Source: Thecamonas trahens ATCC 50062
Taxonomy: Eukaryota > Protista > Apusomonadida
Direction: 5' to 3'
Assembly: GCF_000142905.1 (NCBI RefSeq)
Contig: NW_013657675.1
Location: forward strand, 124,001 to 188,000
Length of the DNA stretch: 64,000 nt
Positions within the stretch are counted from its first letter, which is position 1. Each line of letters opens with the position of its first letter. Made by a program: the position numbers and the translations under genes. The notes beneath the pieces were generated by a model. That model worked only from the letters and a program-made list of their open reading frames with translations, made no database searches and was not told where the DNA came from. Positions 24,284-36,799 of this stretch are shown piece after piece.

Positions 24284-26438
24284 TCATCGCTTGACGTGGC
24301 CGCGATACTTGACGCTGCCTCGGAGAAGCTTGTCGCGGAGTGCCTGCTCACGGGCGGCCTCGGCGGCGCGGGCATCCTCAATCGCTCGCTCTTCATCAAT
24401 GACGTCGTCGATGACCCGGGTAGTCTCATCGTCGATAATGCCGGCCAGCATTTTGGTGAGCGGAACAAGGTCGGCGACAGGCACGAACCACTCGATGACG
24501 TTGTCGAGAAGGAGCTCGCCGACCACGGTGCGCATCTGCGCCAGCAGGCCGTTTTCGTCCTCATCGGTGTGAACTCGGTACGGATCGTGCTGGTGAAAGA
24601 TGCGGTTCGACTCGAGGGCAGCGCCAGCAAACTGGTGGATGACATGCTCCTCAGTTCGAATGTGGTCGACGAGAAAGGCCCGGATCTTCGACACTTCATC
24701 GGCCCGAGGCTGGAGCGTGTACCGCGGCATCGACTCGTCTGCCTGTGCCAACATCGTCGCCGGAAGCAGCGCCGCCCCGCCCAGCCCGGTCAGTGCCTCC
24801 AATCGCAGCGTATTGAGCCGCCGCTCCGAGAGCATCGAGTCAACCGACCTCGCCTCGGACTCGGCGTCATAGTACGAATCGTACGAGTCGTACGAGTCGT
24901 CCGAGTCGTACAGTTCGTACGAGTCGATCGACAGTCGCCGAACCACGCTCGCTGAAGAGTACCTTGTCGTCGTCGACGACTCGGGGCTAAGCGCTCGCGA
25001 CGCCGCCACCGCATCTGCGGCTCGGCGCGCTCGTCCGCCTGCACGTGACCGGCGCACCTTGCGCCGCCCGCGTTCCCGTGCCACGCTTCGGCGTGCCACC
25101 ATCATGATCCCGCCCACAGCCACCATCGGCTCTGCACCTTCGTCTTGCAGCAGCTTTTGCTGCTGTTGAGCCTTGGCGTCCAGCTGCGAGTGCCGCAGTT
25201 GAAAGTGCTCCTTGGTCACGATCGTCGGTCGCCGCCCGAGCGCTACCTTGAGCTGGACTTCGATCGCCCGTCGCTGCTCCTCGTGTGCCGTCCGCAGCGC
25301 TGTCATCTGAGTCGACGACTTGTTCGTCGGCGACGTCGTGTCCAGCGATTCGAACAGCGCGTCGGCGTGTGCGTTGGCCTCAAGCATCGAAACCGACGGT
25401 GAGACCTTGAGTCCCTCCAGCCACCGGACCGACTTGCGCGATCGCCCGCGCCGCAACGCGGGAGTTGTGAGCGTCCGCTCTGGAGCTGCGTGTCGCGTCT
25501 TGCTCTCAGCCTGTGGCGACCCGGTACTCGACGTTGAGCTCGAGGCATCGTCGTCGGAGAGCGGCCCGGGCCCAATGCTCGCGCCACTCGGATCGACGCC
25601 GTACCGTGCCAGCTCAGCCTCGACTTCCGAGTCGAGATCAGTCGAGGCGCTCGAGACCTCCGTAGCGTTGCTACCGTTTGACTCGGCCTCCACTAGCAGG
25701 ACGTCCCGCGCATCGTCCTCCACCGGCAGAATGAGCGGGTCTGTTCGTGCCGCAATGAGCAGTCTGCGAACGGCAAAGACGTCGAGCTCGACAAGCGCGC
25801 CGCCGAGTACCGGATAGCCAGGACGGAGGCGGGCGATGACAGAGGCAGGCAGAAACCGGTCAGCCATTCGTGCCACTCGCCGCTTCATCCTCCGAGCGTC
25901 GCGGCTCTTGTGCGAGCGGCCCATGGGGCCGACCGACCGCTGCGTCTGCGACCGCATCGCGGCCAACAGCAGCGCCCGCATCTCGGGCGTGTCGCCAAGT
26001 GAAAACAGCATCATTCCCGCCAGCTTGGCTTTCTCGTTGGCTACCGCCGCATGTTCGACGCCATGAATCGCTACCAGCGCGGCGATGGCCTTCTCACTCG
26101 CCTCGATGGCGGCGGCAAAGTGGGCCTTGATCCACTCGCCTTGCGCCCGGACAAGCGCCGCGCTAGCCACCAGCGGCGAGACCTGCGGCAGTATATTGGT
26201 GTGCGCATCCATCAGCGCCTCAAACTCGGCCACCAGCGCCAGTGCCTCATCGGCATCGCCGTCGGCGAGTGCCACCTTGGCCCCATCGACCAGCGCCTCG
26301 GGCAGCGAGAGCAGCGCAATGGTCAGCGGCCCGCTCTCGCTATGCAGCCGCCGCAGCGCCTCTATCCGTTCCCGTGCATACCGCCGTGTGGTCTTCACCC
26401 ACGTCCGCCACTCCTGCCGCCGGCTGCTGTGTGCCATG
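24284..26438 (-). CDS. Uncharacterised helical protein with a TPR-like segment
   Basis: Long ORF with typical codon usage; A....EKA.......HG.EH..VA resembles kinesin-light-chain-type TPR. Start uncertain (26438 or 26590). Confidence 0.55.
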
Positions 26439-26522
26439 GCGTCGGCGAGGTGAGGTGTCCGGCGCTGCCGTGGTGGCGCCCACGAGTCCCGCGTCGCACC
26501 TGCTCCGACTGCGTGGGCGAGT

Positions 26523-28325
26523 TTACTCGTCACTCGCGCGCCCTTTCTCGCCGCTGCCTCGCGTTCCGTTGCTGGTCGATGCAAGCTCATGCCGTCTGCG
26601 CCTGTTGCGCCGCCGCGACGTGGCTATCGAATCAGTTTGTGCGCGGAGGCGGAGGGCGCGCTCGTGTCGCCGGCCGCGGGTGTTGGGTCCAAGCTGCAGT
26701 GCGTCAAGAATGTCCGCGTTGGCGAGGCCGGACGCCAGCCGGACGTCCGAGCCGCCCGACGAGATCTTACGTGACGTTGCCCTGTTTTGCAACATCAGGA
26801 TGTCGGGCGAGTCGGGCGTGACAAGCTGGGTCTGTAGCTCGCGCTCTTGGACTGCAAGCTGGGCCATGGCCTCGTTGGCGCGGTTGGAGAGTTTGCGGAT
26901 CGCGGCCCGCGACGTCGACGACGCGCTCGGTGCATCACTGCTGGTACACTCGCCCGAGGCCGGCCGGCCGGCATCACCTTTGCTTGCACCGTACGTCAAC
27001 TCCGAGCCAAGCACAACCTGCGCGCCAGCGTCGGCGGCAGCGTCGACCACATCGCGCATCCGCCAGGTCCGGGCGATGTTGGACGTCGCCGACTCGGCCG
27101 ACGCCGAGCTGCCCACGCTCGCCATCCACTGCGAGAGCGAGGCGATGGAGAACCGGGCCTGGTTACCGATCACAAACTCGGCGCCACCAAGCTCAATATG
27201 CGAGGTCTCGCCTGGGCCGATGTGACGGACTGGGCGGGCTTCGAGCGACGCGCCGTCAGGCACCCCATCCTTGACCATGACCACGTTCTTGCCCGAAACG
27301 TTGCGGAGCGCGGCCGCGCCACCGGCAACCTCCAGCTCGACATGATTCTTTGAGACTGCACTGTCGGCGCGGAGCGAAATGGTGGAACTCCGCGAGCGAC
27401 CGACCGTCAATCGCGGCGGCGCATACGGGCGCGCAGCGGAGTCGTCGGGCGCAGCGTCGACAACGACAAACGTCTCGCCGGTCGGGCTCTGCAGCACGAT
27501 GCCGTACACCCGACCCGTCGCCGCCCGCTGCTTGAGCACCCGTCGCTTGGCGCGCAGCTGTCGCCGCTCCGTCTTTTCATGCGCAAACGCCCGCCCATAG
27601 TACCACCTGAACAGCAGGTCAAAGTAGGTCTCGGGCGCCGCCGTCGCCTTGATATGTGTGGGAAAGGCCGACGCCGCCGAGACCAGAACCGCCGCCAGCT
27701 CGGTTGCCGGCGTAAAGGCATCGACCGCATCCGACGCGCGCCGCACCGCAGGCGCCCATCCAGTCACAATTCGGGTCCGCAGCGGCGCCATGTGGGTCAC
27801 CTGCTTGAGCGTCGCCGTCAGCAACCCGCGGACGGCAGCCAGCCGGGCCTCTTCGGCGTCGACAACCGCAGCAAAGACGCCTGGAGAAAACGAGTCGACG
27901 TCGATCCGTGCCGCCTTGGGCGAGACCTCGCCAGCAGCCTTGGCCGCCTCGGCCAGAACCGGCAGGTGCAGGCCAACCAGTCCTGCCTTGGCTGCCCTCG
28001 CGCTGTCCAGGTGCGCCGCCGCCAGCGAGTCGACCAGCGCCACCACGCTCGCCACCGCCACCGGCTCCGGCCATCCATCCTCGTCCACCACCTCGCCTTC
28101 TCGCACGCTCTGTCCTTCCCTCGCCCGCAGCAGCTCCAGCTCGGCTGTGTATTGCTCAGCAAGACTCGCCAGCTGCGCCGCGTACGCCGCCTGTGCCTCT
28201 GCCAGCGACGACGCCAGCGACGCCAGCAGCGACGAGCTCGCCAGACCAGCCCGCGTGCGGGCCGCCACCACGGGTGTTGCCGCTAGTTGTGCCCCGGGTG
28301 AACCTGCAATGGTCCTTGCCTGCAT
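26523..28325 (-). CDS. FHA-domain protein with N-terminal helical/coiled-coil region
   Basis: LTVGRS....ISL..DSAVSKNH.EL.......LRNVSGKN matches the FHA signature. Confidence 0.7.
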   Translation of the reverse strand: MQARTIAGSPGAQLAATPVVAARTRAGLASSSLLASLASSLAEAQAAYAAQLASLAEQYTAELELLRAREGQSVREGEVVDEDGWPEPVAVASVVALVDSLAAAHLDSARAAKAGLVGLHLPVLAEAAKAAGEVSPKAARIDVDSFSPGVFAAVVDAEEARLAAVRGLLTATLKQVTHMAPLRTRIVTGWAPAVRRASDAVDAFTPATELAAVLVSAASAFPTHIKATAAPETYFDLLFRWYYGRAFAHEKTERRQLRAKRRVLKQRAATGRVYGIVLQSPTGETFVVVDAAPDDSAARPYAPPRLTVGRSRSSTISLRADSAVSKNHVELEVAGGAAALRNVSGKNVVMVKDGVPDGASLEARPVRHIGPGETSHIELGGAEFVIGNQARFSIASLSQWMASVGSSASAESATSNIARTWRMRDVVDAAADAGAQVVLGSELTYGASKGDAGRPASGECTSSDAPSASSTSRAAIRKLSNRANEAMAQLAVQERELQTQLVTPDSPDILMLQNRATSRKISSGGSDVRLASGLANADILDALQLGPNTRGRRHERALRLRAQTDSIATSRRRNRRRRHELASTSNGTRGSGEKGRASDE

Positions 28326-28518
28326 CCTGCCTCCGCTGCGTCAGGTGTTGCTTGAGTGCGTGTGTACGTGTGTGTGTGTGTGTGTGCTGCACGGCTGCCA
28401 CCGGTTCAAAACCTGCCGCAACCATTGCACGTCGCTACACTGCTACTGGCAGTCCATCGGCCCAGATTGACTCGCATGCGTATACATGAGGGTGGGTGGC
28501 TACCAAGCATGACGTCTT

Positions 28519-28567
28519 ACTGTTCGTGCACGTGTACAGAGGGACTGTTCGTGCACGTGTACAGAGG
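28519..28567. repeat. 25-bp tandem duplication ACTGTTCGTGCACGTGTACAGAGG(G) x2
   Basis: Two adjacent copies, each containing CACGTG. Confidence 0.9.
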
Positions 28568-28606
28568 AAGGTAGAGTGCTTGGTTGCGGGGTGAGAGGGG
28601 GATGAC

Positions 28607-29137
28607 TCAGACACAGATCGCGCCCTTGTGGACGACAAGAAGGCAGAAGAGAAGAAAAGGGCCTGCAAGAAGAGCCTCAAACACCACGTGTGCGATGCGC
28701 CCGCATGCAGATGTACCTGTCGGTGCCGTATTGGGTGGGTGGCCCTCGAGGATAAGGTGGCCAACAGCAAACTGCAGACTCCCAGCCGCCAGCCACATCG
28801 CGGCAGCAGGCATCACGCCCATGCCTCCGATGGCCCATGCCAGAGTCCAGAGCGGCGCAAGGATAGTGGCAACATACGCCGCCGCAGCTCCCGTGCCTTC
28901 CATCGTCGCAGCCGACAAGCCCGCCGCACCCACGTACGCTGCCGTGCCCCACCACGGCAACGCCGCAACAAGAGCAAAGATCTGCAGCGGAAACGTCACC
29001 GCGTGCAGGCCAAGGTTACCAGGATGACAATGCTCACTAGCAAAGGTGGTCACTGTCCCAGATACGCCCACGATGGCGCGCCCTGGGCCCCGGCGAGTGC
29101 CACACGTGTCCGACACGCCGTCTAACTGCATCACCAT
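28607..29137 (-). CDS. Mpo1/DUF962-like membrane protein (2-hydroxy fatty acid dioxygenase family)
   Basis: F..EH.HPGN..LH...FP, LQF.VGH..LEG.PP and EAL..GPF His motifs with TM segments. Start uncertain. Confidence 0.7.
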   Translation of the reverse strand: MVMQLDGVSDTCGTRRGPGRAIVGVSGTVTTFASEHCHPGNLGLHAVTFPLQIFALVAALPWWGTAAYVGAAGLSAATMEGTGAAAAYVATILAPLWTLAWAIGGMGVMPAAAMWLAAGSLQFAVGHLILEGHPPNTAPTGTSACGRIAHVVFEALLAGPFLLFCLLVVHKGAICV

Positions 29138-29456
29138 CGCCAGCCGGACTCTACTTGCAAGGCTGTCACGCCCACAGCTGTAGTCGCTACCCTATCGCCA
29201 CCGCTCACAGCTGCCGTCACCACCGCCCACAGCTATATCGATGACAACTGAAGCGCAGTATGCTCGCTTGTCGCCAATTGCCTGTCGCTCGTCGCCCTCG
29301 CCACCATCCGCAATGGCAAGTCAAGCCGGCTGATGTTCGGAGAGAATACCTGGAACAGACGCCAGACACGGCCACTGCCACCGCCACCGCTACCACCACC
29401 GCCACCGCGACACTGCTACGCAACTGACTCTGGGTCACTACTTGACTCTCGCGTCT

Positions 29457-32400
29457 ATGGAGCTTCAGCTTGACCTCCCGGGGACGACGCATGCGCTTGT
29501 GTCGTACCCGCCAGCTAACCCAGCGGCGGTGCCGCGGTCGGTCCGTCGCCTGGCCGAGGTCACGCTGCCCACCTGTCGGCAGTACCTGGTGCATGACGTG
29601 CCAGGCGTCCTCCTCGCCATCTCGTATGTGTTCCCGGCTGCGCCGGCGGGGCCCAAGACGGGACTGTACTCGGGCTCGGGCTCGCATGACGTGCTGGCGG
29701 AGGATCTGGCTGATGCCGTCATCGATCCGGCTCATCGCCTCTACGCCGCCCTCCCGCCCGCCGACTGGGCCACCTCGGTCTATTACATCTACCTTCTCAA
29801 CGTATGGGGTCGCATCGGTGGCTTTGACGCAGTCGTCGACAGGCTCCGCTCTGAGTCGAGCCCTTCACTCTCGGTCGTCTTTCTCCTGCTCAAGCCTATT
29901 GTCGCCGCCGCGCCGTTCTTCACGGCAGCGTTCTGGACCGCCTACTATCCCGCCCTCGCCCAGGGCATCCTCGCAGCACTTGAGGCTGCATCGAACGCTG
30001 CACTTGATCCGCTCTTTGCCGAAGTTGCTGCCCAGCTGGCGGCGCTCGACACAGCTGCCCTCGAGTCGGTCGAGCTCGCCTCGATTGTTCCGGCGCTTAC
30101 TGCGCTCAGGCTGACCATCGCCGCCCGTCCGCTGCTGGCAGCAACGACGCCGCTCCCACCGCTTGCCGCCCGCCTCGCCGCCATCGACGACCTTGTCCGC
30201 CTTGTCGACGTCCTTGACGAGGCGTCGGCGCCGGCGACGACCGCCGCCGAGTTTCTGGCCAACCCGGCGCTACTCGCTGCCACCCACGACCACGCCTCGC
30301 TGCTGACGGCCGCCTCGCCGCTCTTTGTCTTCCTCGCCTCGATGGGCGAACTTCAGCTTGTCCCGCTGCAGGCCCTAGTCCGAGTCGGGAGCCCGGCGAG
30401 CTATGCGCTGCTAGCCACGCTTGCGCCGGTCGTCGACGTTGGACTCGCCCGTGCTCTCCTCGCCTCTCTCGCCACCGAGCACCCGGCAAGCCAGTGGACA
30501 GAGTCGCTAGTCGGCCTCGCAGCTGCGCTGGGCGCCGATGCTGAAACTTACTTTGGTCTTATCGCATCCGCCACTCCGCCACCGCATCATGCCCGCTCTC
30601 TACCCGCTCTCGCTGCCGCACTCGCCGACGCGCCCAAGGGCACGCCCGCTACGCTGTTTCTCCGTGCCATCAACGGCCCCTCGCACGGGCTCATGCTCGA
30701 TACTGTTCGCCTTCTCCTAGACGCGCCAGGTGTGATCAAGAAGCTTAATGCGCGGAACGCGCTGACCCTGTGGAACACGTTCTATCCCGCGCATCCGGAG
30801 GAGACGCTCGCCGTCTTTGATGGCGTCCGCGAAACAGCTGCACGCTCGGTCCTGGATGCCATTCCGCTCCCATCTGCGGCGTTGCATCACCCGTCGGCGC
30901 TGTCGCTTTACGCGGCACATGCGGGATCGGCTGTTCGCGCCGACTTCCTCTTCAGGGTTGTTGCCAGCTCGGTCGCAGGTGAGCCTCTATGGAAGGAGGC
31001 AATCGCTGTCCTTCGCAGCCACCTCCGCAGCCTCGCTGGCTCCAAGACCAAGAAGCTCCGTGGGTTTGCGGACGCGGCGCTTACGTTTGTAGATGGCGCT
31101 ACGCCCGGCTCGGCGTCGGTTCTCCAAGCGCTCCACACGGTGCTTGCCGACGACGATGCGCGCAGCCAAGGCCTCGCTGGTCCACCAACAGTCATCAAGT
31201 GCTTGGTTCTCCCGCCGGCAGAGCGCGCGCTGCAGATTTCGCTCTCGCGGACCGCACTGCTCTCTGCGCTCCGCGCCGCACTCGCCACCCGCCTCCGCCT
31301 GCCCAAGCGCGGCTTTGCACTTGTTGCCCATGCTGCCGAGCTGCCGACGTTGGCCGACAGCACTCCGCTTGATGCGCTTGGCCTCAGCGACGGCGCTGCA
31401 ACCGTGTATGTCGTACCTCGTGAGGGCAAGGCAGCCAGCACTGGACAGGGCGTGGCTCTGGCAAAGGCAAGCGAGAAAGGAAAGACCGAGACCAAGGCCG
31501 ACAGCGTTGCGTCCGACGATGCCGACGACAGCGTCGACGACGACCAAGCTTCGGCTGCCAGCCACGGATGGTTTGGCGACGACGATGACGGCAGCGACGA
31601 TGATGCCGATGATGAGGGCCGCCAAGCGCTGCGTGCCGCGTTTTCGCATCCATCGTACGTCACGGTCCTCCTCTCGCTGCTTGAGGTCGACGAGGGGACA
31701 GTAGCTGGAGCACAAGTCTCGCGCGCTGCCTTTGAGCTGCTCCTGCTCATTCCTCCGGTCGACGGAGAGTCAAGTGAGGAGAGCGTATGGGAGGTGGCGC
31801 TCCGCGAAGCGTATCGGGCAGCGTATGTGCTGCATCATCAGGCTAGCCACATGGCGACAGAAGCTTTTCTGGACGGCGGCCATGCACCTGCAGCACTGCG
31901 ACTCCTTGTTTCGCTCTCACTAGAGATGGCCGGCACAGAGCCCGAGGCATCACTCTGGGCGCTTGCCGGGGCGCTGCTCCGGCTGCTCTCGACGGTAACG
32001 CTCGCATCAACGGCATCGCGATCGCCGGTGGCGTCGTCGCTGCGGTGTTTGCTCCCGGTGGCCTCGATGGGGCTGATGGCGGCCGGGCCGAGGTCGGTAC
32101 TCCCGCGGTTCCGCGCCGACGTTGTGGCAGCGGCCGGCGTCGAGGCCGAACTCCTTGCAGGTGCGGTTGTCCGGGTCCTGCTCGCGTACGCGCAGCAAGA
32201 ACAGCTTGGCGCGTCGGGCCTCGCTGCAGTGCAGAACTCGGCGCTCCTCCTTGGGGCACTGGCGTTTGAGACGCCACTTGTGGGCCATCTCGATGCAGCG
32301 ACGCTCACAGAGCTGCTGCTCCGTGGGGCCAGTGCCGATTTCCGTAAGGCCATGGTCTCGGGCTTGTTCTCGGTGTGCGCGGTCCAGCGTGAAGTTCTTG

Positions 32401-34108
32401 ATGTGGTGCTCGACGTGGTGCTGGTGTCCGAGACGCTCAACGCGGTTCCGGACCAGGTTGACGCGTTTTTCGAGCTGGTATCCGCGCTGGTTGAGGACCC
32501 GTCATTTGTGCGCGAGCACGAGGTGGGTGTGCTGGTTGACCTTGTGCTCGCCGCGCTCTCCGAAGGTGAGCCCCACATTGAGCATGAGTCCGTGCTCCGC
32601 GGCTGGCTCCGGATTGGGACTGCGCTAGCGGCAATTCAGCCATCGGTCGAGCTCCTCCGTGACGTGTTTGATGGGGTGCTGTTTGGCCGGCGGGCGCGGG
32701 CGCGCGAGCCGGCCACCCGAGCTCAAGGTTTTGCGCTTCTGCACTCGCTGGTCCGCGCGGATCCCGAGCGCGCCTTTCCGTTTGTCAACGGCGCCCTGCA
32801 GAGCGTGCTGGCCGAGGCGAGCCAGCTCCGCGGCTGGGACTACTGCGCGAGTGATATGCGCCGTGAACCCGGATGCCAGGTCGGACTCGTCAATCAGGGC
32901 GCGACGTGCTACATCAACGCGTCGCTGCAGCAGCTGTTTGCCATTCCGGAGCTGCGTGAGGGCGTGCTCGACGCGAGCGTCGATCCGCAGGCAGAGGCCG
33001 CCGACCATGTCCAGGCCCTCCGGCGGGTATTTGCGGCACTCGCCGGCACCGAGGCGCGATTCTATGATCCGATCGGCTTTTGCCGAACCTGCCGCGACAT
33101 CACTGGTGAGGTCATCGACCTCGGCGAGCAGCAGGATGCCAACGAGTTCCTCAACTTGCTGTTCGACAAGCTCGATTCGGGCCTTGTGGATGCCAGCGGG
33201 CGGCGCGGACACCTGCTCCCGCATCTGTTCCAAGGCGAACTGCGGCACTCTGTCGAGTGCTCGGTCTGCGCATCGTCGTTTGAGCGGACAGAGCCGTTCT
33301 ATTCGCTCTCTGTCGAGATCAAGGGCCAGTCGTGCCTGGCCGGCTCTCTGGGTGCCATGGACGCGCCAGAGCATCTGACCGGTGACAACCGATACTTTTG
33401 CTCACGGTGCGACGGTTATGTTGACGCCGAGAAGCGGGTGCGGGTCGGTAAGCTCCCGCACTATGCGCTGCTTCACCTCAAGCGGATGGAGTTTGACATG
33501 CGAAGCATGCGCAACGTCAAGATCTCGTCGCGGTTCGAGTTTCCCCGCGCCGGCGACGGCCTGCTTGTCGGCTACGAGCTGACAGGCGTAGTGGTTCATG
33601 CCGGCACCGCCGACGCCGGGCACTACTACTCGTACCTGCGCAGCGACACCGGGACTTGGTCCGAGTACAACGACACCAGCGTGCACCCGGTGGCGTGGAA
33701 CGAGATCGAGGACGAGGTCTTTGGCGGCGACGGCCGCTCAGCGTCGGCGTACATTCTCGTCTACCGCAGCACGGCGCCGCTGGCAGCCGCCAGCTCTGCG
33801 ACGGGCCCATCCACAACCGCCGACGCCGAGAGCGTCTCGGATAACGGCAGCTCCAACTCTGAGACCTCGACTGACTCGTATGCGTCGAGCAGCTCCAGCT
33901 CGAGTGAGACCGATTCTGGGTCGAGCGACAGCGAGTCTGGCGATCTGGTGGTGGCGCGGCACGAGCCGACCGCGTCGCTGGGCAGTGCCGTCCGGGCCGT
34001 GGCCTTTGTCAACAAGCTCAAGCGAGCGCGTCGGGCAGTCGATCCAGTCGACGAGCCTCTCAGCGACGGCGAGAGTGACACCGAAGCCCGACAGCCAGAG
34101 CAGCAGCA

Positions 34109-34142
<34 letters not shown>

Positions 34143-35384
34143 TGCTCGGTCTCCCCGGCTGGTGACGGCAGTGGGCCGCGCGAGGCACTTGAAGGCGAGG
34201 TGGCCTCGGAGAACCGTCGTCTTGCGGCGTTCCGCGCACTGTTTGAACCGGGCTTCTTTGGCTTTATGTGGGAGCTGAGCCATGTCGAGGTCGGCAACGA
34301 GGATGATGCCGCGGCGCTGGCAGGACTTGAGTGGCGATTTGTGAGCCAAGTACTGGCGCGCGCGCGGGGTCACCCGCTCGTAGAGCTGTGGGGCGAGCAG
34401 CTGGTAGCGCAGGCTGTGTCGAGTGCCGCAGTCCGAGCTGAACTGGTAGAACGCTGGACGAGCGCGCACGGCTGGGATGAGGTGGTGGCACTCACACTGG
34501 TGTGTCCTGCGGCCAAGGTGCGGCGGAGCATCGGCCTGGCGGTGGCCAATGTCTTGGGCTTGCTCAAGCACACCGATGCAAGTTGGCGAGCTGTGGCCGG
34601 GCGGATGGCTGCGCTTGTGCCGTCTGTGGAGGCTTACAACAAGCGGCGGTGGGGCGAGTTTGTGCACATGGCGTGCTCGACGGCTGCGGGCAGCCGGCGG
34701 AAGCTGGAAGTTGCCGTAGGCGAGTGGGGCGTGGCCGATGCTGTTGTGCGAGTGGTAGTCGGCTCGCGGCGGGCGGCGATGCGGGCACCCAATCCCGAGG
34801 GCGTGCGCGGTCTGTTGGCGATTGCAATGGCCGGGCGCGGAGCCGAAGGCGGCGCGCATGAAGTGCTGACCTCTTACGCGCTGCTGGCCAAGCTTGCGCA
34901 GCAGGGCGCGCCGACCGCCGAGGTGTGCGCGCTCATCGGCGCCGTCGCGCACGAGAGTGCCGTGGCGAGCGAGGAGCTTGTGAGCCACGCGGCGCGGCTG
35001 CTGGATGCTGTTGGCAACACTGAAGGTGCTCTTGTGGCGGTCTCGAGCGTGCTACTGGCGATTGCGGCGGTCGACGACGGGCTCGCCGAGTGGCGGCGCG
35101 ATGTATGGGCGCGCGAGCTGGTGGCTGCACTGCAGCGCAACGCGCAGGCGCGGCGGAGTTGGATTCCGCGGTTTGTGGCCGACATCCTGGTTGCCGGCCT
35201 CGCCCGCAAGGAGGTCGGCAAGTGGGCCGAGAGTATCAACGGATGGATGGGGGCGTGGGTTCTTGTCGAGAGCCGCAAGGGGTGGAAGGTGAAGCGGATG
35301 CGGTCAGCAATGCGCGGCGGTGGCGCCGGCAGCAGTGCTGGAGGTGATGGCAGGCGGCACCGGCGATCGCGGCGATGGATCTAG
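29457..35384 (+). CDS. Large ubiquitin-specific protease, USP9/24/34-like
   Basis: LLNVWGRIGGF N-terminal motif, ubiquitin-like segment, Cys box GLVNQGATCYINASLQQLF, EQQDANEF, His box GVVVHAGTADAGHYYSY, YND, SAYILVY. Start uncertain. Confidence 0.9.
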
Positions 35385-35405
35385 CCGTTTGCGGTCGCGC
35401 AGTCG

Positions 35406-35670
35406 GTGCGCTCGCGCGCAGCTCCTCTGGCGGCGAGTGAGCGCCAAAGTGTCGTCCGCCTCTGCCCTCTCATCGCCAAGGAGTACAACGACCACATGGG
35501 CGGCGTCGACCTCAACCCGAAGACGCGCAAGTGGTGGCACGCCATCCTGTACTGGATTCTGGACGCCGCGTACGCGCTCTACGCTGACGCGAGCCCACGC
35601 CCCGCCATGATTCGCCTGCGTACAGCGTCCATCTCTGCATCGCCGACTGTTTTCTGTTGTGGCAGCCACT
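35406..35670 (+). mobile_element. Decayed piggyBac-family transposase fragment
   Basis: PLIAKEYNDHMGGVDL..KTRKWWHAILYWILDAA.ALY, then in another frame VHLCIADCFLLW (end of the cysteine-rich domain). Confidence 0.75.
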
Positions 35671-35799
35671 AACACATTGTACTACTCTTTTACCGCGATT
35701 GATGGACGTTGCGACGTCTGTGGCGCGTCGCGGAGCGCGGCTTGCGCGATGGACATTCGTACCGTAAAGCTTGAAGCAGAGCCCTTGGCCACAGGGCAG

Positions 35800-36533
35800 T
35801 TATGCCTTTGCGACGGCCTTGCAGGCGGGCTTGTGGATCTTCCAGTGGGCGACTTGGCAGTCACGGGAGCAGTAGACGGTCTTCTTGCAGCGAGAGCAGC
35901 GCTTAAGGGCGGTGCCCTCGGCCATGAGGGTGCGGCACTTGGCGCAAGTCCGCTTGGCGCGGAGCTCGTTGTCGCGGCCCTGCTCGACGGCGAGGGCGTA
36001 ACCGGTCCAGTTCCCGTTCTCGCCCAGGACGCCGAGCAGAGTCTGGCAGGCGTCGGCGAGGTCGCGGACGGCCGGCTCACGGGCACCGCGGTCACGGAGG
36101 GCGCGGATAAGGATGTAGGCCTCGCAAGTGATGAGGTCTTCGATGGTGGCAGTGGCGGTCGAGGCGGTCGGGGCGGCGCGGGCAGTGAGGGTGTTGGCGG
36201 CGGCGACACGCTGCTCCAGCGGCAGGGCGTCGTCCTTCATGACCAGCAGCAGCGGGTAGACGGCGTCAAAGAGCGGCATGGTGTCGGCATCCGCGCGCAG
36301 AGCTTCGATGGCACGCCAGCCGTCAAAGCAGTACGGCTTGCGCGGAGCAACAGCGCCGAGCTCGGCCACCAGATCAAAGGCCTCCAGATCGGCCAGGGCC
36401 GCTGCAGCATCGCCGACAGCGGTGGCGTAGGGCGCGTCGGCGCGGACAAACTGGCGCAGGGCCTTCTTGGCCACCACCAGCGACTTGAGCTTGGCCTTTT
36501 CCTTGTTACCCTTGGCGGTGGCAATGGCCGGGT
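35800..36533 (-). CDS. MYND zinc-finger protein; 5' exon probably lost in gap 36577..36676
   Basis: CAKC.......LKRCSRCKKTVYCSRDCQVAHWKIHKPAC. Polypyrimidine tract plus CAG acceptor ending at 36534. Confidence 0.85.
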
Positions 36534-36799
36534 CTGCGAGAAGGAAGGACGGTGAGGGAAGGGAGGGAAGGGGGGTNNNNNNNNNNNNNNNNNNNNNNNN
36601 NNNNNNNNNNNNNNNNNNNNNNNNNNNNNNNNNNNNNNNNNNNNNNNNNNNNNNNNNNNNNNNNNNNNNNNNNNNNTCCCCCCACAGGGTGTGGCTGCCC
36701 GCCCGCGCGATCCCTCCGCTGCACCTCACTCACTCCGTCCCCCCCCTCCACCCACTCACCCACCACCCACCCACCCACCAACCAACATACCACGACAGA

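Noticed and set aside
26523-26590. Fusion or overlap of the FHA gene and the downstream 768-aa ORF
   Set aside because: An alternative start at 26438 removes the overlap, and there is no evidence for a single gene.
29241-29456. In-frame ATG...TGA upstream of the USP ORF as a second Sec or readthrough site
   Set aside because: The TGA is not in a conserved redox motif, the flanking peptide is low-complexity, and no SECIS was seen.
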